From sequence record OP292222.1: 64,000 nt of DNA; one strand, given 5' to 3'. The notes beneath the pieces are model-generated. The model had not been told where the DNA came from, ran no database searches, and saw nothing but the letters and a program-made list of their open reading frames with translations. Positions 9,857 to 18,802 of this stretch are shown here, piece by piece (the first letter of the stretch is position 1; every line of letters starts with the position of its first letter). Source of the stretch: Escherichia phage Esco_phi_B-01. The position numbers and the translations under genes were made by a program.

Positions 9857-10116
9857 AACCTATATCCACCACCCTCGCTTATGAAGGTCTCGGATTTTTC
9901 TTAATAGATAACTGTATGGATGTTGAGTTTGTTTGTGGTGAGACTTCTTTAGTATGGAAGTCTCATATTTCCAAATACAACCATCGGGATTATCCGGAAC
10001 TTTTTAAAGAATTTTGCGGATATATGTCCGAACATGGATGTACTGATACAATTTCTTATCCCGAGTTCATACAAATCCTTGAAACAGTATTTCAGGCTTA
10101 TTGCTTACTCCGTTGA
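9853..10116 (+). CDS. hypothetical protein (87 aa)
   Basis: ORF, ATGA overlap. Confidence 0.5.
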   Translation: MKPISTTLAYEGLGFFLIDNCMDVEFVCGETSLVWKSHISKYNHRDYPELFKEFCGYMSEHGCTDTISYPEFIQILETVFQAYCLLR

Positions 10117-10182
10117 TGCTTTAAACGGGTCTCCAAATACTATGATATAATAGACCTATGATTTGAGTTATCTGAGGTAACA

Positions 10183-10740
10183 ATGACCGAAATTAAACTG
10201 ACTAAAAATAACTATGTAAATAATAAGGAGCTTCTGAAAGCCATTACCCAGTGGAAAACGGAACTCCGAGAAAATACCGACCCTAATAAAATAGTTCGTC
10301 AGAACGACGTTATCGGCTTGGCTATTATGCTCATTGCTGAAGGCCTTTCTAAGCGTTTCAACTTCTCCGGATATACCCAATCTTGGAAGCAAGAAATGAT
10401 TGCTGATGGAATCGAAGCTTCTATTAAAGGCCTTCACAACTTCGACGAAACAAAATACGACAACCCACATGCATATATCACTATGGCTTGTTTTAATGCC
10501 TTTGTTCAGCGTATCAAGAAAGAACGTAAAGAAATGGCAAAGAAATACAGCTACTTCGTCCATAACGTTTATGACGCTAATGACGACGACATGGTAGGTA
10601 TCGCAGATGAAACTTTTATCCAGGATATTTACGACAAAATGACTCAGTACGAAACCTCTTTAGTTAAAGCGCCAGGGTCTGATAAGAGCGCCGAATCTAA
10701 AGTTGGTGAGCTGGATTTTTTATATGGAACTCAAGATTAA
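10183..10740 (+). CDS. 55: late-transcription sigma factor gp55
   Basis: extensive similarity recalled to T4 gp55 ([10 protein letters not shown]..., [41 protein letters not shown]). Confidence 0.93.
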   Translation: MTEIKLTKNNYVNNKELLKAITQWKTELRENTDPNKIVRQNDVIGLAIMLIAEGLSKRFNFSGYTQSWKQEMIADGIEASIKGLHNFDETKYDNPHAYITMACFNAFVQRIKKERKEMAKKYSYFVHNVYDANDDDMVGIADETFIQDIYDKMTQYETSLVKAPGSDKSAESKVGELDFLYGTQD

Positions 10741-10951
10741 CCTGGTAGGCCTTTTAGAAGAAGTAGATGGAGAGTATTCGGCAATTCCTTATGTTCTTAA
10801 AATGTATCTTAAGGATATTGCCAAGCTTCCTATTGTAATAGACCCAAAACACCCTGATTCGGTAGAAATTAAAGCTGAAAAAGGAACATTAACTTATAAC
10901 TATCACGTTACCGACGAAGATTTTTATATAAAACTGAATTACAAGGATTAA
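10724..10951 (+). CDS. hypothetical protein (75 aa)
   Basis: ORF overlapping 3' end of gene 55. Confidence 0.4.
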   Translation: MELKINLVGLLEEVDGEYSAIPYVLKMYLKDIAKLPIVIDPKHPDSVEIKAEKGTLTYNYHVTDEDFYIKLNYKD

Positions 10952-10952
10952 T

Positions 10953-11264
10953 ATGCAAAGCACCGACATTTCTCAATTGACTGAAGAGCAAATTGAAGAA
11001 GCCCAGAAGCGTTTAGAAGAGAATAATGCTAAAGAAGCCGCTTCTCAAGCTGCCAAAATTCTTAAAAAGAATGCCCGTGAAATTAAGCGTCTTAATACCC
11101 ATGCTCAGGGCGCTGTTCTTGAAAACAATTTCGAAGCTTACAAATATGCTATAATTAAATTACGTGGTATTTACCGTCAACCAACTACTGACGAAATCGT
11201 TAGAGTTATGTGGGAAACTACGCGTAAACAGATTTGGGAAATTATCAATGGCGCTAGTAAATAA
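10953..11264 (+). CDS. hypothetical protein (103 aa)
   Basis: ORF. Confidence 0.5.
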   Translation: MQSTDISQLTEEQIEEAQKRLEENNAKEAASQAAKILKKNAREIKRLNTHAQGAVLENNFEAYKYAIIKLRGIYRQPTTDEIVRVMWETTRKQIWEIINGASK

Positions 11265-11448
11265 ACCCTTTAAACGGCTTCTTATTGGAGCCGCCTTCAG
11301 ACTTCGCTCATACGGTAATATTTGTATTAAGCAGACTGAAACCGAATATAAAATGGTTGGGCAGTATTCCGATGAAATTTTTCGGATTGAGCCTGTAGCC
11401 AAGGTTTGGGTGGATTCACATCAACTTAAGAAGTGGTGGCAACGATGA
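11248..11448 (+). CDS. hypothetical protein (66 aa)
   Basis: ORF; weak SD. Confidence 0.3.
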   Translation: MALVNKPFKRLLIGAAFRLRSYGNICIKQTETEYKMVGQYSDEIFRIEPVAKVWVDSHQLKKWWQR

Positions 11449-11603
11449 TAACATGGACTGCCGGTTAATGAATGACGAATACGAAAAAGTTTAAGAGGTG
11501 TATTATGACTATTGATGATGTAGATATTCTTACTTCCGACGAATTAAAACGATTGGGTAATATATTTCAAGACGAACATCCTGATTTTTAAGAGGTCATA
11601 TGA

Positions 11604-11777
11604 ATGACGAATTCGACGGATTTTGATAAGATTAAATCTGACAAAAATGAGATGATACTTAAATTTGAAGCTGCTCGTATTAAAGCGGAAAATGAAGGTA
11701 CTATTACCTATAAGCCTATCAAGTTCAGGTCTTCTCATGAACCTCTGTACGGGGTATTAATTGGTAAAGGAGCTTAG
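11604..11777 (+). CDS. hypothetical small protein (57 aa)
   Basis: ORF with SD aagagg; stop lies in terminator hairpin. Confidence 0.35.
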   Translation: MTNSTDFDKIKSDKNEMILKFEAARIKAENEGTITYKPIKFRSSHEPLYGVLIGKGA

Positions 11778-11790
11778 GCTCCTTTTTTGC
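11767..11790 (+). terminator. rho-independent terminator (aggagc-ttag-gctcct + T6)
   Basis: GC stem, tetraloop, T-run. Confidence 0.7.
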
Positions 11791-11817
11791 TTTATATTCG
11801 GATGATAAAATGAATTT

Positions 11818-12435
11818 ATGAAATACATCACATACCTGACAATATATTCCGGGACTAAGCTTCCACCGTTTTATATAGGGTCCACCACTTTAGAGAAGCA
11901 TTTGAATGGATACCACGGAAGTGTCCTTTCTAAAGCGTATAAAGAAATCTATAAAAACGAGCTTTTAGAGCATCCTGAACTATTTGACTCATGTATTGTA
12001 AGTGAACATCCCACAAGAGAAGAGGCTTTAGAAGCTGAAAGAATGTACCAGTTAAGAACTGATGCAGCTCAAAATCCTTTATTCTTTAATAGGGCTATTG
12101 CCGCCCCTAAAGGGTTCTTCGGGCTTTCGCTACCTAAAGAGCATCACCCTCTTTACGGCTCTCATAATGCCAAAGGGTATATTCATTCCTATAATCCTGT
12201 TACATTAGAACAGACCTTTGCACCTACGGTCCCTGAAGGATATGTAGAAGGTCGTTCTCCTAATTATAAAGCATCTAGTCACAATAAGGGCAGGAAGTGG
12301 TATAATAACGGAATAGAACATAAACTGATTAATCCGTCTAATATTCCTGATGGATGGGTCAAAGGCAAACTTCCGGGCTCGGCTTCTAAAGCCGCCTCTA
12401 AAATGTGGGAACGAATACGTAATGAAAATTCTTAA
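11818..12435 (+). mobile_element. GIY-YIG (Seg-like) homing endonuclease gene
   Basis: N-terminal TIY ... FYIGST motif pair; C-terminal KGRKWYNNGIEHKLINPSNIPDGWVKG typical of Seg endonucleases; sits in the slot where T4 has alpha-gt. Confidence 0.75.
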
Positions 12436-13444
12436 TACAGGCGACTGGCACCTTGGAGTTAAGAACGACGACCCTTGGGTCCAAAACATTCAATTGACCG
12501 GCATTAAAGATGCTATCAATTATTCTAAAGCAAATGGTATTACTGTATGGATTCAATACGGTGATATTTTTGATGTCCGTAAAGCCATTACTCATAAGTG
12601 TATGGAATTTGCTCGGCATATTTCAGATTTGCTTAAAACCAATGGCATCACCATGTATACCATTGTTGGTAACCATGATGCCCACTACAAAAACACCCTA
12701 ACTCCGAATGCTGCTTCTGAAGTTCTGGGTAAATATGACCATATCAAGGTTATTGAGAAACCTACTACGGTTAACTTTGATGGCACCGAAATTGATTTGA
12801 TTCCATGGATGTGTGAAGAAAACACGACTGATATCATGGACCATATCAAAAATACCACAGCAGATTTCTGTATTGGTCATTGGGAATTAAATGGTTTCTA
12901 TTTCTATAAAGGAATGAAATCTCACGGTTTAGAACCTGATTTCCTTAAAAAGTATAAGCAAGTTTGGTCAGGCCACTTCCATACTATTTCTGATGCAGCA
13001 AACGTCAAGTACATTGGTACTCCATGGACCCTTACTGCAGGCGATGAGAACGACCCTCGTGGTTTCTGGATTTTCGATACCGAAACTCATAAAATGGATT
13101 TCATCATTAACGAAACCTGTTGGCATCGTAAGATTCATTATCCTAATGCGACTATCGATTACAAAGATTTTACAAATATCGCAGTTCGTGTTATAGTCGA
13201 TAAAATCGATGACGGCCTTACTAAGTTTGAATCAGAACTTGAAAAGGTTGTTCACTCTTTACGTATTGTGTCTAAGGTAGATAATAGTGTTGATATCGAT
13301 GATTCTGAAGAGGAAGATGAAGTTAAATCCCTCTTGGATATGATGTATGATTATATCGACGCCCTTCCTGATGGCCACACTGAAGAAGACGTTAAAGCCC
13401 TTAAGACTATGGCCGCACAACTTTATAATGAGGTTACACGATGA
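12422..13444 (+). CDS. 47: recombination nuclease subunit gp47 (Mre11/SbcD-like)
   Basis: MKILNTGDWHLG phosphoesterase motif; synteny upstream of gp46. Confidence 0.9.
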   Translation: MKILNTGDWHLGVKNDDPWVQNIQLTGIKDAINYSKANGITVWIQYGDIFDVRKAITHKCMEFARHISDLLKTNGITMYTIVGNHDAHYKNTLTPNAASEVLGKYDHIKVIEKPTTVNFDGTEIDLIPWMCEENTTDIMDHIKNTTADFCIGHWELNGFYFYKGMKSHGLEPDFLKKYKQVWSGHFHTISDAANVKYIGTPWTLTAGDENDPRGFWIFDTETHKMDFIINETCWHRKIHYPNATIDYKDFTNIAVRVIVDKIDDGLTKFESELEKVVHSLRIVSKVDNSVDIDDSEEEDEVKSLLDMMYDYIDALPDGHTEEDVKALKTMAAQLYNEVTR

Positions 13445-13704
13445 CTTTAGATGAATTCAAAAAATCGGGACTTGAACTGGAACACGACTGTATAGTTATT
13501 GACGATGATGGCCAACCTAGTACAATTAAGTTCTGGTTTGAAGCCGTGAGCACTCGTGATACCGGCGAGCTTATTAAAGTTTATGTTGCTACCGATTGGG
13601 CTGTAGAATTTAGCTTTAATGTAATGGTAGATGATACTCCAGAAACATTAATTCATATGGCTGAATCATGCATCAAGGATGCGTATAACGATGAAGACTT
13701 TTAA
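13441..13704 (+). CDS. hypothetical protein (87 aa)
   Basis: ORF between 47 and 46. Confidence 0.5.
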   Translation: MTLDEFKKSGLELEHDCIVIDDDGQPSTIKFWFEAVSTRDTGELIKVYVATDWAVEFSFNVMVDDTPETLIHMAESCIKDAYNDEDF

Positions 13705-15373
13705 GTTAAAAAAAGTAACGTATAAAAATATTATGTCGGTAGGGCAGCAGCCCATTACAATCCAACTTGACAAGGTCCAAAAGACCTTAGTCACTGGTAA
13801 AAATGGTGCAGGGAAATCAACATTCCTTGAAGCTGTAACATTTGCTCTGTTCGGTAAGCCTTTTCGTGATGTTAAGAAAGGGCAGTTGATTAACTCAAGT
13901 AACAAGAAAGACCTTTTGGTCGAACTGTGGATGGAATATGATGGCAAAGAATACTATATCAAACGCGGGCAAAAACCCAACGTTTTTGAAATCTCTTGTG
14001 ACGGTGAACGTCTTGATGAATCTGCCAGCAGTAAAGACTTCCAAGCGGAATTTGAACAGCTTATCGGAATGTCCTATGCAAGCTTCAAACAAATTGTCGT
14101 ACTCGGCACAGCTGGATATACCCCTTTTATGGGCCTATCCACTCCTGCAAGAAGAAAACTCGTCGAAGACCTCTTAGAGGTTTCTGTATTAGCGGATATG
14201 GATAAGTTAAACAAATCTTTGATTCGTGAGACTAATAGCCAAATCCAAGTAATAGACGTTAAGCAAGATTCTATTACCCAACAAATTAAAATTTATAATG
14301 ACAACGAAGAACGTCAACGTAAATTATCTGGCGAAAACGCTGCCCGTCTACAATTAATGTATGATGAGCTCGTTAAAGAAGCCAGGACTGCGAAGGCGAG
14401 CATAGAATCCCTGACTGATGAATTACTCAATGTTATCGTAGATGATGACCCTAGCGACTCCATGAGTGACCTGAGTAATAAAGGATTTGCAATCAAAAAT
14501 GATATGGCGACCTTTACAAAGGTGGTTAAGTTATACGAAACTGGTGGTCACTGCCCTACGTGTATGCAAGGGTTAGAAGAGCATGGTAATATCCTTACTA
14601 AAATTAAGGATAAAAACTTTGAGCTTCAAAAATCTTTGGATAAGATTAATGAGCAATACCAAGAGCTCAAGCTCATTAAAGACCAAGTAACCGAACAACG
14701 CAATAAAGCGTTGGCTATTAAATCTCAGATAGCTACTCATAAGCAGCAAGCCATTACTGCTGTAGAGAAAGCCAAAAAGGTTAAGGTATTAATTGACCAA
14801 GCAGCAGCTGAGTTCGTAAGTAATGCCGAAGAGATTGCTACGCTTCAAGCAGAGCTTGATAAAATCGTCTCTACCAAATCGTCCTTGGTAATGGAAAAAT
14901 ATCATCGTGGAATTCTGACAGAAATGTTGAAGGATACTGGTATTAAAGGTTCCATTATTAAGAAATACATTCCTATCTTTAATAAGCAGATTAATTCTTA
15001 TTTGAAGATTATGGAAGCGGACTACGTCTTTACCCTAGACGAAGAATTCAATGAGACGATTAAATCACGTGGACGTGAAGACTTTAGTTATGCTTCATTT
15101 TCACAGGGTGAGAAAGCACGTATTGATATAGCACTTCTTTTTACATGGCGCGATATTGCTTCTAAGGTATCAGGTGTTAATATCAGCACGTTAATTCTTG
15201 ATGAAGTTTTTGATAGTGCAACTGACGCTGAAGGCGTTAAGAGCATTGCAACCATCTTGAATAGCCTTGAGGATACGAACGTGTTCATTATCTCTCACCG
15301 AGACCATGACCCACAAGCTTATGGCCAACATCTTCAAATGAAGAAAGTTGGGCGATTCACGGTGTTAGAATGA
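13691..15373 (+). CDS. 46: recombination ATPase subunit gp46 (Rad50/SbcC-like)
   Basis: Walker A GKNGAGKST, long coiled coil, C-terminal signature; similarity recalled to T4 gp46. Confidence 0.92.
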   Translation: MKTFKLKKVTYKNIMSVGQQPITIQLDKVQKTLVTGKNGAGKSTFLEAVTFALFGKPFRDVKKGQLINSSNKKDLLVELWMEYDGKEYYIKRGQKPNVFEISCDGERLDESASSKDFQAEFEQLIGMSYASFKQIVVLGTAGYTPFMGLSTPARRKLVEDLLEVSVLADMDKLNKSLIRETNSQIQVIDVKQDSITQQIKIYNDNEERQRKLSGENAARLQLMYDELVKEARTAKASIESLTDELLNVIVDDDPSDSMSDLSNKGFAIKNDMATFTKVVKLYETGGHCPTCMQGLEEHGNILTKIKDKNFELQKSLDKINEQYQELKLIKDQVTEQRNKALAIKSQIATHKQQAITAVEKAKKVKVLIDQAAAEFVSNAEEIATLQAELDKIVSTKSSLVMEKYHRGILTEMLKDTGIKGSIIKKYIPIFNKQINSYLKIMEADYVFTLDEEFNETIKSRGREDFSYASFSQGEKARIDIALLFTWRDIASKVSGVNISTLILDEVFDSATDAEGVKSIATILNSLEDTNVFIISHRDHDPQAYGQHLQMKKVGRFTVLE

Positions 15374-15561
15374 GTGATTTTATAACAGGCCAGCATTTGT
15401 TGGCCGTTCCAGAAATAAAGAGATATGTTTTAGTTAACAACTTCTCTGGAGACGAACATCTTGTTACTGAAGATTATCTCCAAAATGCTTTTAAGTCAGA
15501 ATATGTTACAATAATGTCAAATAGAAATCCAGCATGGTTTGTCTATGAGTACTTTGATTAA
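15370..15561 (+). CDS. hypothetical protein (63 aa)
   Basis: ORF, ATGA overlap with gene 46. Confidence 0.45.
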   Translation: MSDFITGQHLLAVPEIKRYVLVNNFSGDEHLVTEDYLQNAFKSEYVTIMSNRNPAWFVYEYFD

Positions 15562-15617
15562 ATTGCTTTAAAATATTGATTTATAATACATTTACCAACT
15601 AAATGAGAGAAAATATT

Positions 15618-16037
15618 ATGTTTGCTACTTCTAATGGCGTTACCGTTAAAGATATCCAAGTTAAAACCATCCGTACTGATTCCAACCCACATAATCAGAA
15701 CCGTATCCGTAAATCATGGGTACTGAATATTGATACCAACTCTGCACGCCGATTGCAGTCTCTTCCACAAGAAACCAAGTTTATGCTGTACAGTATCATC
15801 GATAATGATGTATCTGATAAGTGGATTGAAATCATGCGTAAACACTTTAAAGATTCTTTGGCTGCAGGTGCTAAACTTGTTATCGACCGCGACGGTTCTG
15901 AACGTTTAGAAGATGATTATTGCGTCGACCCTGATGAGCAGTTGCTTGAAGCCGGTTCTATTATTGCTTCCAAGATTCCAGAGTATATTGAATCTCTGCC
16001 TGAATCAATCCGTAAACAAATGATCGTAATTGCTTAA
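15618..16037 (+). CDS. rpbA: RpbA-like protein (by position between 46 and 45)
   Basis: synteny only; SD gagagaaaatatt. Confidence 0.5.
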   Translation: MFATSNGVTVKDIQVKTIRTDSNPHNQNRIRKSWVLNIDTNSARRLQSLPQETKFMLYSIIDNDVSDKWIEIMRKHFKDSLAAGAKLVIDRDGSERLEDDYCVDPDEQLLEAGSIIASKIPEYIESLPESIRKQMIVIA

Positions 16038-16062
16038 TAATTTGACTTGATAAGGAAACATT

Positions 16063-16761
16063 ATGAAATTCTCTAAAGAAACCCTGAACATTCTTAAAAA
16101 CTTCTCTGGTATTAACCCAGGCATTATGCTTAAACCAGGTAACACCATTCTGACCCGATCTGTTACCGGTGCAAGTTACGGTGAAGCTACTGTAAGTGAT
16201 ACCTTCGATATCGAAGCGGCAATCTATGATTTGAATGGCTTCTTAAGTATTCTGTCTTTGGTATCGGAAAGTGCTGAAGTTTCGGTAAGTGAAGACCAAA
16301 CCACATTAATTATTAAAGACCAACGTTCAACAATTAAGTGGCCTATTGCTGACCCAAGCACAATCGCATTCCCAAGTAAAGCTATTCCGTTCCCTGTGGC
16401 TGAAGTTATTTTCGACCTGAAAGCCGAAGATTATCAACAGTTGATGCGTGTGTCCTCCGGTCTGAGTATTGATACATTTGCAATCACTGTAGACGATGGT
16501 AAAATTGTTATCAACGGTTATAAACAAGTCGACGATAAAGAATTAACTCGTCCATTGTATTCTCTGGTCGTGGCTGACCATGATGGTCCTGACTTTAAGT
16601 TCATCATTAACAAAACCAATATGAAAATGATGCCTGCCGATTATCATGTGTTGTTATGGGCGCGCGGTGAAGGTCAGGATGCTCGATTTGCAGCTAAGTT
16701 TGAAGGTACACAAGCTTCTTACGTATTAGCTATGGAAGCAGGCTCAAGCCACTCGTTCTAA
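16063..16761 (+). CDS. 45: sliding clamp gp45
   Basis: similarity recalled to T4 gp45 across the length (IYDLNGFL, KAED.QQL.RVS, FKFIIN..NMKM). Confidence 0.92.
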   Translation: MKFSKETLNILKNFSGINPGIMLKPGNTILTRSVTGASYGEATVSDTFDIEAAIYDLNGFLSILSLVSESAEVSVSEDQTTLIIKDQRSTIKWPIADPSTIAFPSKAIPFPVAEVIFDLKAEDYQQLMRVSSGLSIDTFAITVDDGKIVINGYKQVDDKELTRPLYSLVVADHDGPDFKFIINKTNMKMMPADYHVLLWARGEGQDARFAAKFEGTQASYVLAMEAGSSHSF

Positions 16762-16766
16762 AGCAT

Positions 16767-16785
16767 AGGGAGGAATTTCCTCCCT
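16767..16785 (+). promoter_or_regulatory. RNA hairpin (agggagg-aattt-cctccct) followed by GGAGTATAAT -10-like element
   Basis: inverted repeat; no T-run. Confidence 0.4.
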
Positions 16786-16822
16786 TGGAGTATAATGTAA
16801 AAACAAACCTGAGGAAATTAAT

Positions 16823-17782
16823 ATGCTTACAGTAAATAATAATGAATTCATGTTCGAACAGAAATATCGTCCAGGTACTTTATCTGAATGTATTCTGCCT
16901 GCTCATGATAAAGAAACTCTCCAAGCCATTGTTAATAAGGGCCTAATCCCTAACATTATCCTAGTCTCTGCTTCACCAGGCACAGGTAAAACTACCGTGG
17001 CTAAAGCATTGTGTGCTGATACAAATTCAGACATGTTGTTTGTTAACGGTTCCGACTGTCGTATTGATTTCGTTCGTAACGAACTTACTCGTTTTGCATC
17101 TTCTAAATCTATCGAAGGTAAACGTAAGGTAATTGTTATTGACGAATTCGACCGTGCTGGTGTTGCTGAAGCTCAACGCCACCTTCGTTCATTCTTAGAG
17201 GCCTATTCCTCAAACTGTTCTGTAATTATTACAGCAAACAATATTGATGGTATCATCGGTCCACTTCAATCCCGTTGTCGTGTAATTAAATTTGGTGAAG
17301 CCACTCCAGCTGACCAAACAGCCATGATGAAAGAAATGATTCATCGTGCCGTAGCAATTTGTAAAAACGAAAATATCGAAGTCGAAGACCTTAAAGTTAT
17401 TGCTGCTTTAGTTAAACAAAACTTCCCTGACTTCCGTAAAACAGTTAACCAACTGGACCGTTATTCCTCAAGTGGTAAAATCGATGCAGGCATTTTGAGT
17501 ATTGTAATGAATACCAATTCGCCTATTGATGAAGTAGTGGCTGCACTGAAAGATAAAAACTTTAAAGAACTCCGTGCATTAGCTCCACGTCATGTCAATG
17601 ATTATGCCAACTTTATTATGGCATTGGCTAACGAACTCTATGGTAAATTGCCTGGACCAAGCATTGTTAGAATGTATGAAATCGTCGGTGAAAATAACCA
17701 ATACCACGGTATTGCTGCTAACCCAGAAATTCACCTGACTTATCTGTTTATCCAACTTGCTCTGGAGCTCCAATGGCTATAA
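16823..17782 (+). CDS. 44: clamp loader large subunit gp44 (AAA+)
   Basis: Walker A SPGTGKTT, Walker B VIVIDEFD; synteny. Confidence 0.92.
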   Translation: MLTVNNNEFMFEQKYRPGTLSECILPAHDKETLQAIVNKGLIPNIILVSASPGTGKTTVAKALCADTNSDMLFVNGSDCRIDFVRNELTRFASSKSIEGKRKVIVIDEFDRAGVAEAQRHLRSFLEAYSSNCSVIITANNIDGIIGPLQSRCRVIKFGEATPADQTAMMKEMIHRAVAICKNENIEVEDLKVIAALVKQNFPDFRKTVNQLDRYSSSGKIDAGILSIVMNTNSPIDEVVAALKDKNFKELRALAPRHVNDYANFIMALANELYGKLPGPSIVRMYEIVGENNQYHGIAANPEIHLTYLFIQLALELQWL

Positions 17783-18345
17783 GTCTTTTTGATGATGACG
17801 TTGAACTGAATGAACATGAAGTTGCTTGGAAACAACGTAACGACGCTGCTATTCAAGCCTTGGCCGATTCATTTAAAGAAAAGGCTGAAAACGAATTGTT
17901 TGCCATTATGAACGATATCACATACGGTAAAAAACAACGTAACTTGGCTCAATCAGAAAACTATAATCAATTTTGGCTAGATAATAGTTTGAGCCAGCAC
18001 GTAGATTGCATTATGCAAGCCGCGATGGTTAACTGTCTTAAACTTGACGACCAAAGTCACTTCAATTATCTTTTACATGCTGTTCCTAAGGGTAAGAGAT
18101 TTGGTAAATGGGCTAAGGCCCATGATGATGAAGTTAGTGTAGTTTTTATTACTCGTTTATTGATGAAATACCATTCAATTAATAATGATGACGCTTATCG
18201 TTATCTCGAGACTTATAAAATTAAAGGCCATCTTCCGGCAATGCTTAAGAAGATGAAAGGGTTGGTTACGGACGAGTTCCTGAAATCCGTAACTAAAAAT
18301 GTGAAAGAACAAAAAGATTTGAAAAAGAAAGCATTGGAATGGTAA
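17773..18345 (+). CDS. 62: clamp loader small subunit gp62
   Basis: synteny 44-62-regA; overlapping start typical of T4. Confidence 0.85.
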   Translation: MAISLFDDDVELNEHEVAWKQRNDAAIQALADSFKEKAENELFAIMNDITYGKKQRNLAQSENYNQFWLDNSLSQHVDCIMQAAMVNCLKLDDQSHFNYLLHAVPKGKRFGKWAKAHDDEVSVVFITRLLMKYHSINNDDAYRYLETYKIKGHLPAMLKKMKGLVTDEFLKSVTKNVKEQKDLKKKALEW

Positions 18346-18351
18346 ATTAAA

Positions 18352-18714
18352 ATGATTGAAATTACTCTGAAACAACCTGAAGACTTCTTGAAAGTGAAAG
18401 AGACCCTAACTCGTATGGGTATCGCTAATAATAAAGAAAAGAAACTATATCAATCCTGTCACATTTTGCAAAAGCAAGGACGGTATTATATTGTCCACTT
18501 TAAAGAGATGTTGCGTATGGATGGCCGCCAGGTAGATATCGATGGTGAAGACTACCAACGCCGTGATTCCATAGCCCAGCTTCTTAAGGATTGGGGACTT
18601 ATTGATATTGTAGACGATTCTGAATTGTTCGAAATTACTAATAATTTCCGTGTCATTTCATTTAAACAGAAAAATGACTGGGAACTGCTGTCTAAGTATA
18701 CGATTGGTAATTAA
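18352..18714 (+). CDS. regA: translational repressor RegA
   Basis: similarity recalled to T4 RegA; position directly upstream of gene 43. Confidence 0.88.
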   Translation: MIEITLKQPEDFLKVKETLTRMGIANNKEKKLYQSCHILQKQGRYYIVHFKEMLRMDGRQVDIDGEDYQRRDSIAQLLKDWGLIDIVDDSELFEITNNFRVISFKQKNDWELLSKYTIGN

Positions 18715-18722
18715 GTTTAAGC

Positions 18723-18743
18723 AAAGGGACTTTGGTCCCTTTT
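18723..18743 (+). terminator. hairpin + T-run (aagggac-tttg-gtccctt-ttt) after regA; may double as leader structure of gene 43
   Basis: stem-loop with T5. Confidence 0.6.
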
Positions 18744-18802
18744 TGGAGTATAATTATTCATCAACAAACAAAAGACAATCACTCGTCTATAAAGGAAATG
18801 AA

